From an uncultured Rickettsiales bacterium (lineage in GTDB: Bacteria > Pseudomonadota > Alphaproteobacteria > Rickettsiales > RGZB01): a stretch of 64,000 nt of DNA. The position numbers and the translations under genes were made by a program. The stretch is from assembly GCA_964467255.1 (NCBI GenBank), contig CAYXPR010000003.1, positions 1,145 through 65,144 on the forward strand. The letters run 5' to 3'. The notes under the pieces are model-generated. The model made no database searches, was not told the DNA's origin, and saw nothing but the letters and a program-made list of their open reading frames with translations. The stretch's first letter is position 1, and the number at the start of each line of letters is the position of its first letter. This document shows positions 1 through 9,400 of this stretch, piece by piece.

Positions 1-2825
1 GCATCGCTCTTTTCAGAAAAGAGGGGCTGTAGTCTAAACTGACCATCAGCGGTGGTAAGCACGCCTTCGCCATCCAGATTTGGGGTAAATTCCAGCGCTC
101 TGGCGTTGGTTACATCGGCTAAATCCTGCGCGGCAGCACCAAGCTTTGTTGTATCGCCGCTTACTTTCAGCACATCGAGTGGCCATTTGATGGACACATT
201 CCGTTCCGCTTTTGCCTTACGCACCAGATTCAGCAGCTCCACCGCCAGCACGCCTGAGCCTTCCGCTTTTTCATCGCGCGGGAATGAGGCTGCTTGCGGC
301 CACATGCCGCGTGCATGAATGCTGCCTGTTTTAGCATGGCGGCTATCAAAGACATGGCTGTAGAGCTCTTCGGTGATATGCGGCACGAACGGTGCAAACA
401 AACGCAGCACGCCCTCAAGGCAGTGATACACGGCATGGATGGCGGAAAGCTGCTGCTTGGAAAGCGGCTCGCCTTCCTTGCCGTAAATACGCACCTTCAC
501 CAGCTCAAGGTAGTTGTCGCAAAAATCATTCCAGAAGAAGTCTTCAATCGCCACGCGCGCGTCGCAATATTCAAACGCTTCAAATTCCTTCGTCGCTTTT
601 TCCACCGCGCGGGAAAGTCGTGTTAGAATCCACAAATCCAGCGTTTCGGTGATGATGCCGTTCTTCACATCTTCTGCTGCGCTGACGGGTTCTTTCTCAA
701 TTTTTGCTAAGTGCGCGGTCACGAATTTCGTCGCGTTCCACAATTTGTTCACCAACTTGTTGCCGATTTTAAGCACATCTTCGCTAAAGGCCGTGTCGGC
801 ACCAAGGCGGCTCGTCGAAGCCCAGTAACGCACCGCATCGGCACCCTTGTTCTGAATAAGCTCCACCGGCGTCACCACATTGCCCTTGGATTTGCTCATT
901 TTGGTTTTATCGCTCGCAAGGCACCAACCGGAAATCATCAGGTTTTTCCACGGAATCGTGTTCTCGTGTAGGTGCGCTTTCACGATGGTGTAAAACGCCC
1001 AGGTGCGGATAATTTCATGCGCTTGCGGGCGCAAATCGGCGGGGAACAGTTTGGCATGGCGAGCACCATCAATCGCCAATTCCTTCGTAATCGCCTTGCT
1101 CGAAAGTTGTGGGGAAACCGAACTCGTTGCCCACGTATCCATCACATCCATATCAGGCTCAATCAGGAAAATCTTTCCGTCTTTTTTTGCCAAGTAACTA
1201 TTCGGCCATGCTTTCAGCTCGGCCATTTCGTCGCTGGTTTTAAATTTCTCAAAACCCTTCGGCGTGGTGCTTAAAGGGTTCACCGGAAGCTGTTCCACCG
1301 GCGCCACAATAATCGCACGCTCACCGATGCGTTTGCCAACCGTCAGCTCTTTGTAAGCACGGCCATCAAATTCACCTGCCACTTCCTCAAGCTCCACTTC
1401 CTGCGCATACCACACCGGAAACGGCACGCCGAAATAACGCTGGCGTGAAATGCACCAATCCCAGTTCAGCCCGTCAATCCATTGGTGGATGCGGATTTTC
1501 ATGTATTCCGGATTCCAGTTGCACTCGTCTGCTTTCTTTTTCAGCTGCTCTTTCTGGTCGAGAATTTTTACGAACCATTGCTGCGTGGGCAGAATTTCAA
1601 GCGGTGCGCCGCTGCGTTCCGCGCACTTCACCGCATGGGTAATCGGTTTGGTTTCCGTCAGCAGATTCTTTTCTGCCAGCAGTTCCAGCACGCGTTCGCG
1701 CGCGCCCAAATGTTTTGGGTCTTTGTTGGTGCACTTTTTATTTTTTAGCTCTTCAAGCAACCTGATCGCCTCGCGAACATCCTTCGTATTTTTTGGAGAA
1801 AGTTGTGATTTTTCTTTTTTAGCTTCATACTGAAAACCAGATGAACCAACAAAATCAATAAGGTTCGGTTCTCCTGATTCGGGGCCATTTCCGATATACA
1901 TTTTCAGAAAATCTATTTTTCCAAATTTATTTAAAAGTACTCGAATGGGCAGTCTATGCTTGCGCCACCAGTGGATGTCCGTCTCGTCACCAAAGGTGCA
2001 GCACATCACCACACCGGTGCCTTTTTCTTTATCCACTTTTTCATCGGCGATAATCGGCACGCGCACACCAAAGAGCGGCGTCACCGCCTCAAGGCCTTCA
2101 TATTTTTTTGCGTCACTCGGGTCGCACATCACCGCCACACACGCCGGAATCAACTCGGGGCGTGTAGTCATGATTTTCACTTCGCCTGCGCTCTCCCACG
2201 TGCCTTTTTTCACGAGGCCAAACAGAATATAATTTTCGGCGCTCGGCAGTTCTTTGTCTTCAATCTCAGCCTGCGCGATGGCGGTCTGGTCCACAGGGTC
2301 CCAGAACATCGGCTGCAGCTGGCGATACGCACGGTTTTTCTGGAACAAATCCAAAAAGCTCATCTGCGACAGCTTGCGGCTTTCAGCAGAAATGGTTTGG
2401 TATTCCTGCTTCCAATCCACCGACAGCGCAACCGATTTAAACAGCGCGCGGAATTCATCTTCTGCTTCTTTCACCACACCTTCGCACACGGTGATAAATT
2501 CTTCGCGTGGCATGTCGGTCGCGCGCACTTTTTTCACTTTTTCCACCAAACGCTCGGTGGGCAAACCATTATCGTCAAACCCCATGGGGTAGAACACGTC
2601 TTTGCCAATCATGCGCTGAAAGCGTGCCACAAAATCCGCCTGCGTGTAGCTAAAAATATGCCCCATATGCAGCAGGCCCGAAACGGTCGGCGGCGGCGTA
2701 TCAATCACGAAGGTTTGGTCGCGGCTTTTATCGGCGCGCCAGCCATAAGTGTGCGCGGCATCCCACTGCTGTTGCCAGCGTGTTTCGGTTTCTTTCGCGT
2801 TATAATTTTGCGGCAGGTTCTTCAT
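1..2825 (-). CDS. valS: Valyl-tRNA synthetase, archaeal/Rickettsia-type; 3' end runs off the window
   Basis: Manual translation from ATG at 2825: MKNLPQNYNAKETE...DTPPPTVSGLLHMGH...GFDDNGLPTER...GTGVVMCCTFGD...DWCISRQRYFG...KMSKSKGN. No stop before position 1, so it is missing from the ORF track. Confidence 0.96.
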   Translation of the reverse strand, partial: MKNLPQNYNAKETETRWQQQWDAAHTYGWRADKSRDQTFVIDTPPPTVSGLLHMGHIFSYTQADFVARFQRMIGKDVFYPMGFDDNGLPTERLVEKVKKVRATDMPREEFITVCEGVVKEAEDEFRALFKSVALSVDWKQEYQTISAESRKLSQMSFLDLFQKNRAYRQLQPMFWDPVDQTAIAQAEIEDKELPSAENYILFGLVKKGTWESAGEVKIMTTRPELIPACVAVMCDPSDAKKYEGLEAVTPLFGVRVPIIADEKVDKEKGTGVVMCCTFGDETDIHWWRKHRLPIRVLLNKFGKIDFLKMYIGNGPESGEPNLIDFVGSSGFQYEAKKEKSQLSPKNTKDVREAIRLLEELKNKKCTNKDPKHLGARERVLELLAEKNLLTETKPITHAVKCAERSGAPLEILPTQQWFVKILDQKEQLKKKADECNWNPEYMKIRIHQWIDGLNWDWCISRQRYFGVPFPVWYAQEVELEEVAGEFDGRAYKELTVGKRIGERAIIVAPVEQLPVNPLSTTPKGFEKFKTSDEMAELKAWPNSYLAKKDGKIFLIEPDMDVMDTWATSSVSPQLSSKAITKELAIDGARHAKLFPADLRPQAHEIIRTWAFYTIVKAHLHENTIPWKNLMISGWCLASDKTKMSKSKGNVVTPVELIQNKGADAVRYWASTSRLGADTAFSEDVLKIGNKLVNKLWNATKFVTAHLAKIEKEPVSAAEDVKNGIITETLDLWILTRLSRAVEKATKEFEAFEYCDARVAIEDFFWNDFCDNYLELVKVRIYGKEGEPLSKQQLSAIHAVYHCLEGVLRLFAPFVPHITEELYSHVFDSRHAKTGSIHARGMWPQAASFPRDEKAEGSGVLAVELLNLVRKAKAERNVSIKWPLDVLKVSGDTTKLGAAAQDLADVTNARALEFTPNLDGEGVLTTADGQFRLQPLFSEKSD

Positions 2826-3277
2826 GCCTTACACACGCCTTCACATTTTTTGTGGATGAAATAATCAGCAGAAAATTTCCCTGCACCCTGAAATAAAATG
2901 AACGCCAGCAGCAAGCCCCAATAGGCATGTTCCATGCTGTGCTGATAGGTAAATTCAATCACTGCCGTCATCACCAGCAGCGCCGCAGCCGCTGCGCGCG
3001 CACCAAGCCCCGCCACCAGCAGCACAGGCGCAATTAATTCTGTTCCGGTGCCTAAAATAGCCGCCAGCTTCACCGGCAGAAACGGCACCGGATGCTCATG
3101 CTCGAACAAAAACAATGTGCCGCTCCAATTGCCCAGTTTCAGCAAACCGGAATTGAAAAACACATACCCCACCACGAGCCGCGCCAACAGCGGCACCACA
3201 GGGCTTGCACAGTTTAGTGCGGAAATCACTTTTTTTGCCAGCGCGCACAGGCACGCCATTTTTTTGCATTCGGTCAT
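2822..3277 (-). CDS. DoxX family membrane protein (BufD-like)
   Basis: LLARLVVGYVFFNSGLLKL...ELIAPVLLVAGLGAR...GAGKFSAD DoxX pattern; last gene of a DUF2282/DUF692/DUF2063 operon. Confidence 0.9.
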   Translation of the reverse strand: MTECKKMACLCALAKKVISALNCASPVVPLLARLVVGYVFFNSGLLKLGNWSGTLFLFEHEHPVPFLPVKLAAILGTGTELIAPVLLVAGLGARAAAAALLVMTAVIEFTYQHSMEHAYWGLLLAFILFQGAGKFSADYFIHKKCEGVCKA

Positions 3278-4044
3278 ACAGTCCTCAATGAGGTAAAAAG
3301 CCCTTGCACAATATGGTTTTTCAGCGCGTTTTCAAGGTCAAAATCAGCTTGCACCGCCGCCGCTGCTTCATAGGCTTCGAGCAGTGTATGCCCTTCATGG
3401 ATGGCCGCAAGCATTTCAAACTCCGCCTCATTCATGGGTAAAACCTTCACCTCGCCTGCCTGTTTTGCCACACGCCAGAAGCCGCCACCCTTGCTCACAT
3501 CCAGCGTTTCATCGCCCGTGCCGAATATCGCCACCTGCCAAATATTGTGAACCGGAAAATGCGATTCCACCAGCCGCACCGATGGGTGCAGTTTCAGCCG
3601 CAGCGCGGCAAATGCTTCCGGCCTCACGGCAAAGGTAGAGGGCTCAACGCTGCCTGCTTCTTCGGCAATCATGCTTTCATGCAGTGCGCGTTCCAGCCGC
3701 GCCACATCCGGCAGATATTCCAGCTTCCGCGCCGGCGCATAACCATTTAAAAATTCGGGGAAACCCGTGCCGTAAAATTCTAAGTTCCCATGTTGCTGCG
3801 GGTGGTGGCTGATAAATTCCCGCGCCGCCGCACGCATGAATTTCTTGCCCACAATTACTTCGGTTGCGGGATAATGCTGGCACAGAACATCGGTCAGCGC
3901 GTTATAAGTGTGGCGCCAATAAATCTCCATCTGCGCGGTGGGTGAAATACCTCCCTGCGCTAAAAATTGTGCGGCGCCTTCCGCATCTTTTTCATAAATG
4001 CCGCTGATAAATTGCTGCTGCAGTTTCGCGAGTGGTGTCATCAC
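3274..4044 (-). CDS. DUF2063 (HvfC/BufC-like) MNIO partner protein
   Basis: LQQQF...YPATEVIVG...YGTGFPEFL...YLPDVARLE; follows DUF692 with a 4-bp overlap. Confidence 0.9.
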   Translation of the reverse strand: MMTPLAKLQQQFISGIYEKDAEGAAQFLAQGGISPTAQMEIYWRHTYNALTDVLCQHYPATEVIVGKKFMRAAAREFISHHPQQHGNLEFYGTGFPEFLNGYAPARKLEYLPDVARLERALHESMIAEEAGSVEPSTFAVRPEAFAALRLKLHPSVRLVESHFPVHNIWQVAIFGTGDETLDVSKGGGFWRVAKQAGEVKVLPMNEAEFEMLAAIHEGHTLLEAYEAAAAVQADFDLENALKNHIVQGLFTSLRTV

Positions 4045-4892
4045 GCAGCCTGCCTAATTTTATCTTGAATACCGCGCGCCGTGGCCGCTTCATCCAGCAA
4101 CACCATGAAGGCCGGAATATCCGTATCCCACTCGATGGTAGTGGGCATTTGCCCGAAGCGGCGCACCGCTGCTTCATAGAGCGGCCACACCTCATCCCCC
4201 ACGCGGCTCCCGTGGCTGTCGATCAGCACCAATTTGCCTTCATAGGCCTGCTCAGAAAAACCTGCCAGATGCATTTGCTGCACATGGCGGATGGGAATCG
4301 CGCCCAAATATTTTTCTGCATCCCAGCCGTGATTATGGCAGCTGACATATACGTTATTCACATCCAGCAAAATGCCGCAGCCTGTGTTTTCCGCAATGGC
4401 CGTCATAAACTCCCATTCGGGAATGTGTGACTCTTTAAAACTTGCATAGCTGGAAGGGTTTTCGATGAGCATTTCACGCCCGAGCGCTTCTTGCACCTGC
4501 AGGATGTTTTGGCAAAACACGCCGAGGGATTCTTCGGTGTAAGGCACAGGCAATAAATCAGGCACGCGCATATTTCCTGCCGCACTCCAGGAAAGATGAT
4601 CGGATATGAGTGCAGGCTCAAACCGCGCCACAAACGCCTTCAGCGAAGCCAGATGCGCCGCATCTATTCCGCTGGCAGAACCCAGCGAAAGCCCCACCGC
4701 ATGACCGCTTAAGGGGTAATCGGTACGGATCTTCTCCAGCATTTTGGTGGCTGGGTCACCGGGCAGGAAAAAGTTTTCCGCATGCACCTCAAAAAAGGAA
4801 ACGGCAGGCTTTGTTTCCAAAACCTGCCGCAAATGTGCATGCCGAAGGCCAATCCCTACGCCGGAAAGCGGCGATGGTGAATATGTGGCCAT
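4041..4892 (-). CDS. DUF692 multinuclear non-heme iron oxidative enzyme (MNIO, BufB-like)
   Basis: GIGLR, EVHAENF, SDHLSW, IENPSSY, LLDVNNVYV, HLAG, IDSH, EWD metal-ligand motifs. Confidence 0.95.
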   Translation of the reverse strand: MATYSPSPLSGVGIGLRHAHLRQVLETKPAVSFFEVHAENFFLPGDPATKMLEKIRTDYPLSGHAVGLSLGSASGIDAAHLASLKAFVARFEPALISDHLSWSAAGNMRVPDLLPVPYTEESLGVFCQNILQVQEALGREMLIENPSSYASFKESHIPEWEFMTAIAENTGCGILLDVNNVYVSCHNHGWDAEKYLGAIPIRHVQQMHLAGFSEQAYEGKLVLIDSHGSRVGDEVWPLYEAAVRRFGQMPTTIEWDTDIPAFMVLLDEAATARGIQDKIRQAA

Positions 4893-4903
4893 GGGCTAAA
4901 ACA

Positions 4904-5155
4904 CTAGGCTTTCTGGCCGCCCACCAGTTTATCGCACAGGCCCTTTGGCACCAGCACCCATTCTTCTGGATCAGCATCTTTTTTCGCAAGGCCGGCGCAA
5001 GAGTGCGTGCCGGATTTATTGGCGCAGTCATTCTTGCCAGCTTTCACGATGCCGTAGCATTTTTCCTGCTCTTCGGCATGTGCTGGCACAGAAAGCGTGG
5101 CGGCGGAAATAGCAATCAGGCCCGCAGCGGCCAGAAACTTAGACGTCGTATTCAT
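4904..5155 (-). CDS. DUF2282 bufferin precursor (BufA1-like), Sec signal peptide plus 4 Cys
   Basis: Signal ending AHA, then [14 protein letters not shown]...SCAG...[15 protein letters not shown]; GGAG SD upstream. Confidence 0.93.
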   Translation of the reverse strand: MNTTSKFLAAAGLIAISAATLSVPAHAEEQEKCYGIVKAGKNDCANKSGTHSCAGLAKKDADPEEWVLVPKGLCDKLVGGQKA

Positions 5156-5247
5156 GAAATACTCCCAAAAGAGGTTTAAAACGAGGCCTAGAGGAAACCA
5201 CAGGGGCTTCTTTGCAGCAAGCGCTTATTTTGAAAACAGATTGATGC

Positions 5248-5694
5248 CTAATCGTCAACATCCGTTGCTTTTTCAGCAGCGCGGAGATGTTCAATCAGGT
5301 GACGGGTCACGTTCGTGCCGAGCAGTGCGGCGGCATCTGCCGCGCGGATCGCCAACCCATCGGCTTCGTCTTCACGAATGGCCCCTTCTTTCACCATCTG
5401 GATGGTGATTTTGGTCGCCGCTACTAGTAAAATCTGGTTGCTGGAAGTCGTACGTTTTATTGCATTCGGCGCACGGTAACCAGAACTTGTTTCCGCCAAT
5501 GAAAAGCTGGTATCAATCAAATCAGCAGGTGCGCAAGCCAGCGCTTTGGCAAGGCGCTCCATCCAGCTTTGAGTGAGCGCGCGTTGCCCCGCCTCAAGCC
5601 GCCACACCTGCGAGCGGTCCGTGCCGCACAGTTGCGCCAAGCTTTCCAGCGAAAGGCCTCTGGCCTCGCGTATCCTGCGGATGTTGTTCTGCAT
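5248..5694 (-). CDS. XRE-family HTH transcriptional regulator (cI-like, no S24 peptidase domain seen)
   Basis: MQNNIRRIREARGLSLESLAQLCGTDRSQVWRLEAGQR...LAKAL HTH_3 pattern; start reassigned to ATG 5694. Confidence 0.85.
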   Translation of the reverse strand: MQNNIRRIREARGLSLESLAQLCGTDRSQVWRLEAGQRALTQSWMERLAKALACAPADLIDTSFSLAETSSGYRAPNAIKRTTSSNQILLVAATKITIQMVKEGAIREDEADGLAIRAADAAALLGTNVTRHLIEHLRAAEKATDVDD

Positions 5695-5703
5695 CCTTAG
5701 GTC

Positions 5704-5777
5704 ATAGCACCACATCAATAGCAAATAAATTGCCAATTTGGCAACGAGTGTTGACAATATAGCATTGTTGTAGCAAT
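5704..5777. promoter_or_regulatory. Putative operator array and divergent promoter between the XRE and Cro-like genes
   Basis: Perfect inverted repeat TTGCCAA-T-TTGGCAA at 5730-5744; related TTGACAATATAGCAT at 5751-5765 (11/15 match, contains TTGACA); further TAGCA half-sites. Confidence 0.65.
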
Positions 5778-5787
5778 CTATGGTTGT

Positions 5788-6015
5788 ATGAAGCTCGCAC
5801 AATTTTTATATCAGCATGATTTGACGGACGCAGAGTTTGCCGCCCTCATCGGCGCAAGCCGCAGCCTGATAAGCCGTTACCGCGCGGGAAACCGCATCCC
5901 CGGAAAAACCCTCATGGTTAGGATTTATCGCGTCACGCAAGGTGCAGTGTGTCCGAATGATTTTTATGACCTTCCGCCCCTAAAACCCACCACCACAAAG
6001 GGCGCGCATGGTTAG
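5788..6015 (+). CDS. Cro-like HTH protein
   Basis: MKLAQFL...LTDAEFAALIGASRSLISRYRAGNRIP...VTQGAVCPNDFY, typical of alphaproteobacterial phage Cro-like proteins; divergent from the XRE gene. Confidence 0.8.
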   Translation: MKLAQFLYQHDLTDAEFAALIGASRSLISRYRAGNRIPGKTLMVRIYRVTQGAVCPNDFYDLPPLKPTTTKGAHG

Positions 6016-6214
6016 CATTCCTCCAAATGTGGTGGATTTAGCCACCGCCCTTCAACTACTTAAGGTTGTGAAATCTACGCTTGAACACTGGCGCAAAGGT
6101 AAGGCCGGCTGGCCGGACGAAAACCTCGATGAAACCCTGCGTAATATTGCAATTTTATCTGAAGAAATTGCCGCCACCAGCCACCGCATGGCGCGGAGGC
6201 CCCGCCCCAAGTAA
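6008..6214 (+). CDS. Small hypothetical protein (68 aa)
   Basis: Overlaps the cro-like stop by 8 bp; amphipathic helical sequence. Confidence 0.55.
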   Translation: MVSIPPNVVDLATALQLLKVVKSTLEHWRKGKAGWPDENLDETLRNIAILSEEIAATSHRMARRPRPK

Positions 6215-6262
6215 TACACGTTTAGGTTGACTAATTGTCACGCGTGCAGTATTTCTTGGTTC

Positions 6263-6391
6263 ATGAAATGGCCGTTATTATTGTTAGCAATCTGGGTTAG
6301 TCCGCTGGTGTTGTTATTCACGCTGGGGTGGACAGTTCTGCGCCCAAAACCGCAGGCTGAAGCCCGCCCCATGCAAACACTGGCGGCATAA
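6263..6391 (+). CDS. Small single-TM protein (42 aa, MKWPLLLLAIWVSPLVLLFTLGWTVLRPKPQAEARPMQTLAA)
   Basis: Manual translation; preceded by TTGACT-N17-TATTTC starting at 6227; below the ORF-track size cut-off. Confidence 0.45.
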   Translation: MKWPLLLLAIWVSPLVLLFTLGWTVLRPKPQAEARPMQTLAA

Positions 6392-6440
6392 CTCAAAAAA
6401 AATTGCATCCTTTTAGGCTTGTCGCTATGCTCCCGCGCCT

Positions 6441-9400
6441 ATGACGAGCGCCAAAACAGCTTTGTATCAGGAAGTTTCTTCCTCTCCCGACTTGCCGAAA
6501 ATCGAGCAGGCGGTGCTGGCCGCGTGGAAAAGCGGCGAAACATTCAAAGCCTCTGTAGAGGGTCGCTCTAAGAACACGGAGCCATCAGCCCGCGGAGCGG
6601 CGCCCCATGCGAGCGGCAGCACAGCGGGGGCATCCAACAACGAATTCATTTTTTACGACGGCCCGCCTTTTGCCAACGGCCTGCCGCATTATGGGCATCT
6701 GCTCACCAGTTTCGTGAAGGATACGGTGGCGCGTTACCAAACCATGAAGGGCCGCCGCACCGAGCGCCGCTTCGGGTGGGACTGCCACGGGCTGCCCGCC
6801 GAAATGGAATCGGAAAAGGAACTCAAAATTTCCGGCCGCGCCGCGATTGAACAATTCGGCATCGCGAATTTCAACAACCATTGCCGCGAAAGCGTGATGA
6901 AATACACCGGCATCTGGCAGGATGTCATCACCCGCGCTGCCCGCTGGGTAGATTTTGAAAATGATTATAAAACCATGGATACGGATTACATGGAATCCGT
7001 CATCTGGGCGTTTTCCGAGCTCTATAAAAAAGGCCTCGTCTATGAATCGCACCGCGTGATGCCGTATAGCTGGGCGGCGGAAACCCCGCTTTCGAACTTC
7101 GAAACGCGCATGGACGGCGCCTATAAAGACCGCGAAGACAAAGCGATTACGGTGGCGTTTCGCTTAAAAGAAAAACCGAAAGGCGCGCCGGACGCAAAAA
7201 ATTATTACCTCCTCGCATGGACCACCACGCCGTGGACACTTCCAAGCAACCTTGGTTTGGCGGTCAGTAATAAACTTCTTTATTCTGGTTATGTTGATGG
7301 TGAAAATTGTTATTACCTACTCGAAAGCGCGGGTGAAAAATATTTCCCAGAAAGCACAAAGGCTCAGGGTGGAAAAGCAAATTCACCAGAAGAACGCGTT
7401 GAGCTTGCTGCAAAATACCCAAGACACCCTATAAATGGCTCTGAACTCCTCGGCCTATCTTACGAACCACTCTTCCCCTATTTCGCCAAAACGGAAAACG
7501 CGTTCAAAATTTTAGACGGCTCTGACTTCATTGAAGAAGGCAGCGGCACGGGCGTGGTGCATCTGGCGCCGGGCTTTGGTGAAGACGACCAGCGCGTGTG
7601 CGAAAAAGCGGGCATTCCTGTCATCTGCCCGGTGGATGAAAAAGGCTGCTTCACGAATGAAATTTCTGACCTGCCGAAGCTGTCGCTCAAGGGCCTCAAT
7701 GTTCTCGAGGCAAATCAAAAATCGGCAGATGAACCCTACACCGATTCGCAGCTCGCGAAATATGGTTTGGCCAATTTGCGCATCATCACGTGGCTGAAGG
7801 AAAATGGCCGCCTGATTAAGCAGGAAGATTACAAACACTCTTACCCGCATTGCTGGCGCACCGACAAGCCGCTTATCTACAAGGCCCTCCCCAGCTGGTA
7901 TGTGGAAGTGACGAAGTTTAAAGACCGCATGGTTAGCTTAAACCAGAACATTAACTGGATTCCCGAGCACATCAAAAACGGGCAGTTCGGCAACTGGCTG
8001 GAAGGCGCGCGCGACTGGAGCATTTCCCGCAATCGCTTCTGGGGCTGCCCCATTCCGGTGTGGCGCGGCAGCAAAGGCGGCATCAAGGTTTTCGGCTCCA
8101 TTGCCGAGCTCGAAACTTTCTTTGAAACGAAAGTGACGGATCTGCACCGCCCGTTCATTGACGCACTGACGATTGAAAAAGATGGCGAGAAATGGACGCG
8201 CGTTTCGGACGTGTTTGATTGCTGGTTTGAATCCGGCTCCATGCCGTTTGCGCAGGTGCATTATCCGTTTGAAAACAAGCAGTGGTTTGAAACGCATTTC
8301 CCCGCCGATTTCATCGTGGAATATGTCGGGCAAACGCGCGGCTGGTTCTACACGCTGATGGTGCTCGCCACGGCGCTGTTTGACAAAGAGCCGTTCAAAA
8401 ACTGCATCTGCCACGGCATTATTTTAGACGCCGAAGGCAAGAAGCTTTCAAAGCGCCTCCGCAACTATCCCGACCCGAACGACATGTTCAATGTGTATGG
8501 CGCAGACGCGATGCGCTGGCGCATGCTCAAAGAGCCCGTCATGCATGGCGGCAATCTGCTCATTTCCAAAGACGGCAGCGACATTAAAGAAGTCGTGCGC
8601 CTTAGCCTCCAGCCCATCTGGAACGCGTATCGCTTCTTCACCATGTATGCGAATGCGGACGGCGTAAAGGCGGAGTTTGATACCTCCTCCACGCAATTGC
8701 TCGACCGTTATATTCTCGCCAAGTGCCGCGATGCGGTGGAAAAAATTGATACCGCCATGGGTAAATATCTGCTGCCGGAAGCCTGCACGGCGGTGGAAGA
8801 TTTCTTCGAGGCGCTCAACAACTGGTACATCCGCCGTTCGCGTGACCGCTTCTGGAGCGAGGAAAAAAATGCTGACAAACAAGCGGCTTACAACACACTC
8901 TACACCGTCATCACCACCATGATGCGCGCCAGTGCTTCTCTGCTGCCGCTGCTGACGGAAGAAATCTACACGAAGCTGACGGGTGAAAAATCCATCCACC
9001 TCGTCGATTTTCCAAGCGTCGCAAAATTCCCGAATGAGAAAGAGCTTGCTGCTGATATGGATCGCGTGCGCGATGCTTGTAATGTCGCCTTGGCAATACG
9101 TAATGAGAAAAATATTCGAGTGCGGCAGCCCCTGCAAAGCATCAAAATTGTCGGCTTCACTCTAAATCCAGAACTCTCAATGCTCCTTTTAGATGAAGCA
9201 AACGTTAAACATTACGAAGGCGTCGCGCCATTGTTCTTGGCTAGTTACACCACATTCAAACTCCAAATCAACTTCCCCGTTCTCGGCAAGCGTTTGCCGG
9301 AAAAAATGAAGCAGATTATTCCTGCTTCTAAAAAAGGTGAGTGGAAACAAAATGCAGCAGGTCGCATTGAAATTTGCGGTGAAGAGTTGCTGCCGGAAGA

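Noticed and set aside
1-2825. valS missing from the ORF track, suggesting a pseudogene or frameshift
   Set aside because: Manual translation is open from ATG 2825 to position 1; the stop lies just outside the window
1956-2864. Long + strand ORF (302 aa) and similar long antisense ORFs (e.g. 42965-43891, 46109-47074, 53866-54729, 15306-16076, 17096-18091)
   Set aside because: Shadow frames opposite well-conserved genes with biased codons; no motifs of their own
5156-5247. Expected SigF (ECF16)-type promoter for the bufferin operon
   Set aside because: No GTAACC-N16-CGAA-like match seen by eye, so not annotated
5248-6391. Prophage or integrative element around the cI/cro-like pair
   Set aside because: No integrase, att repeats, replication or structural genes; flanked directly by host genes
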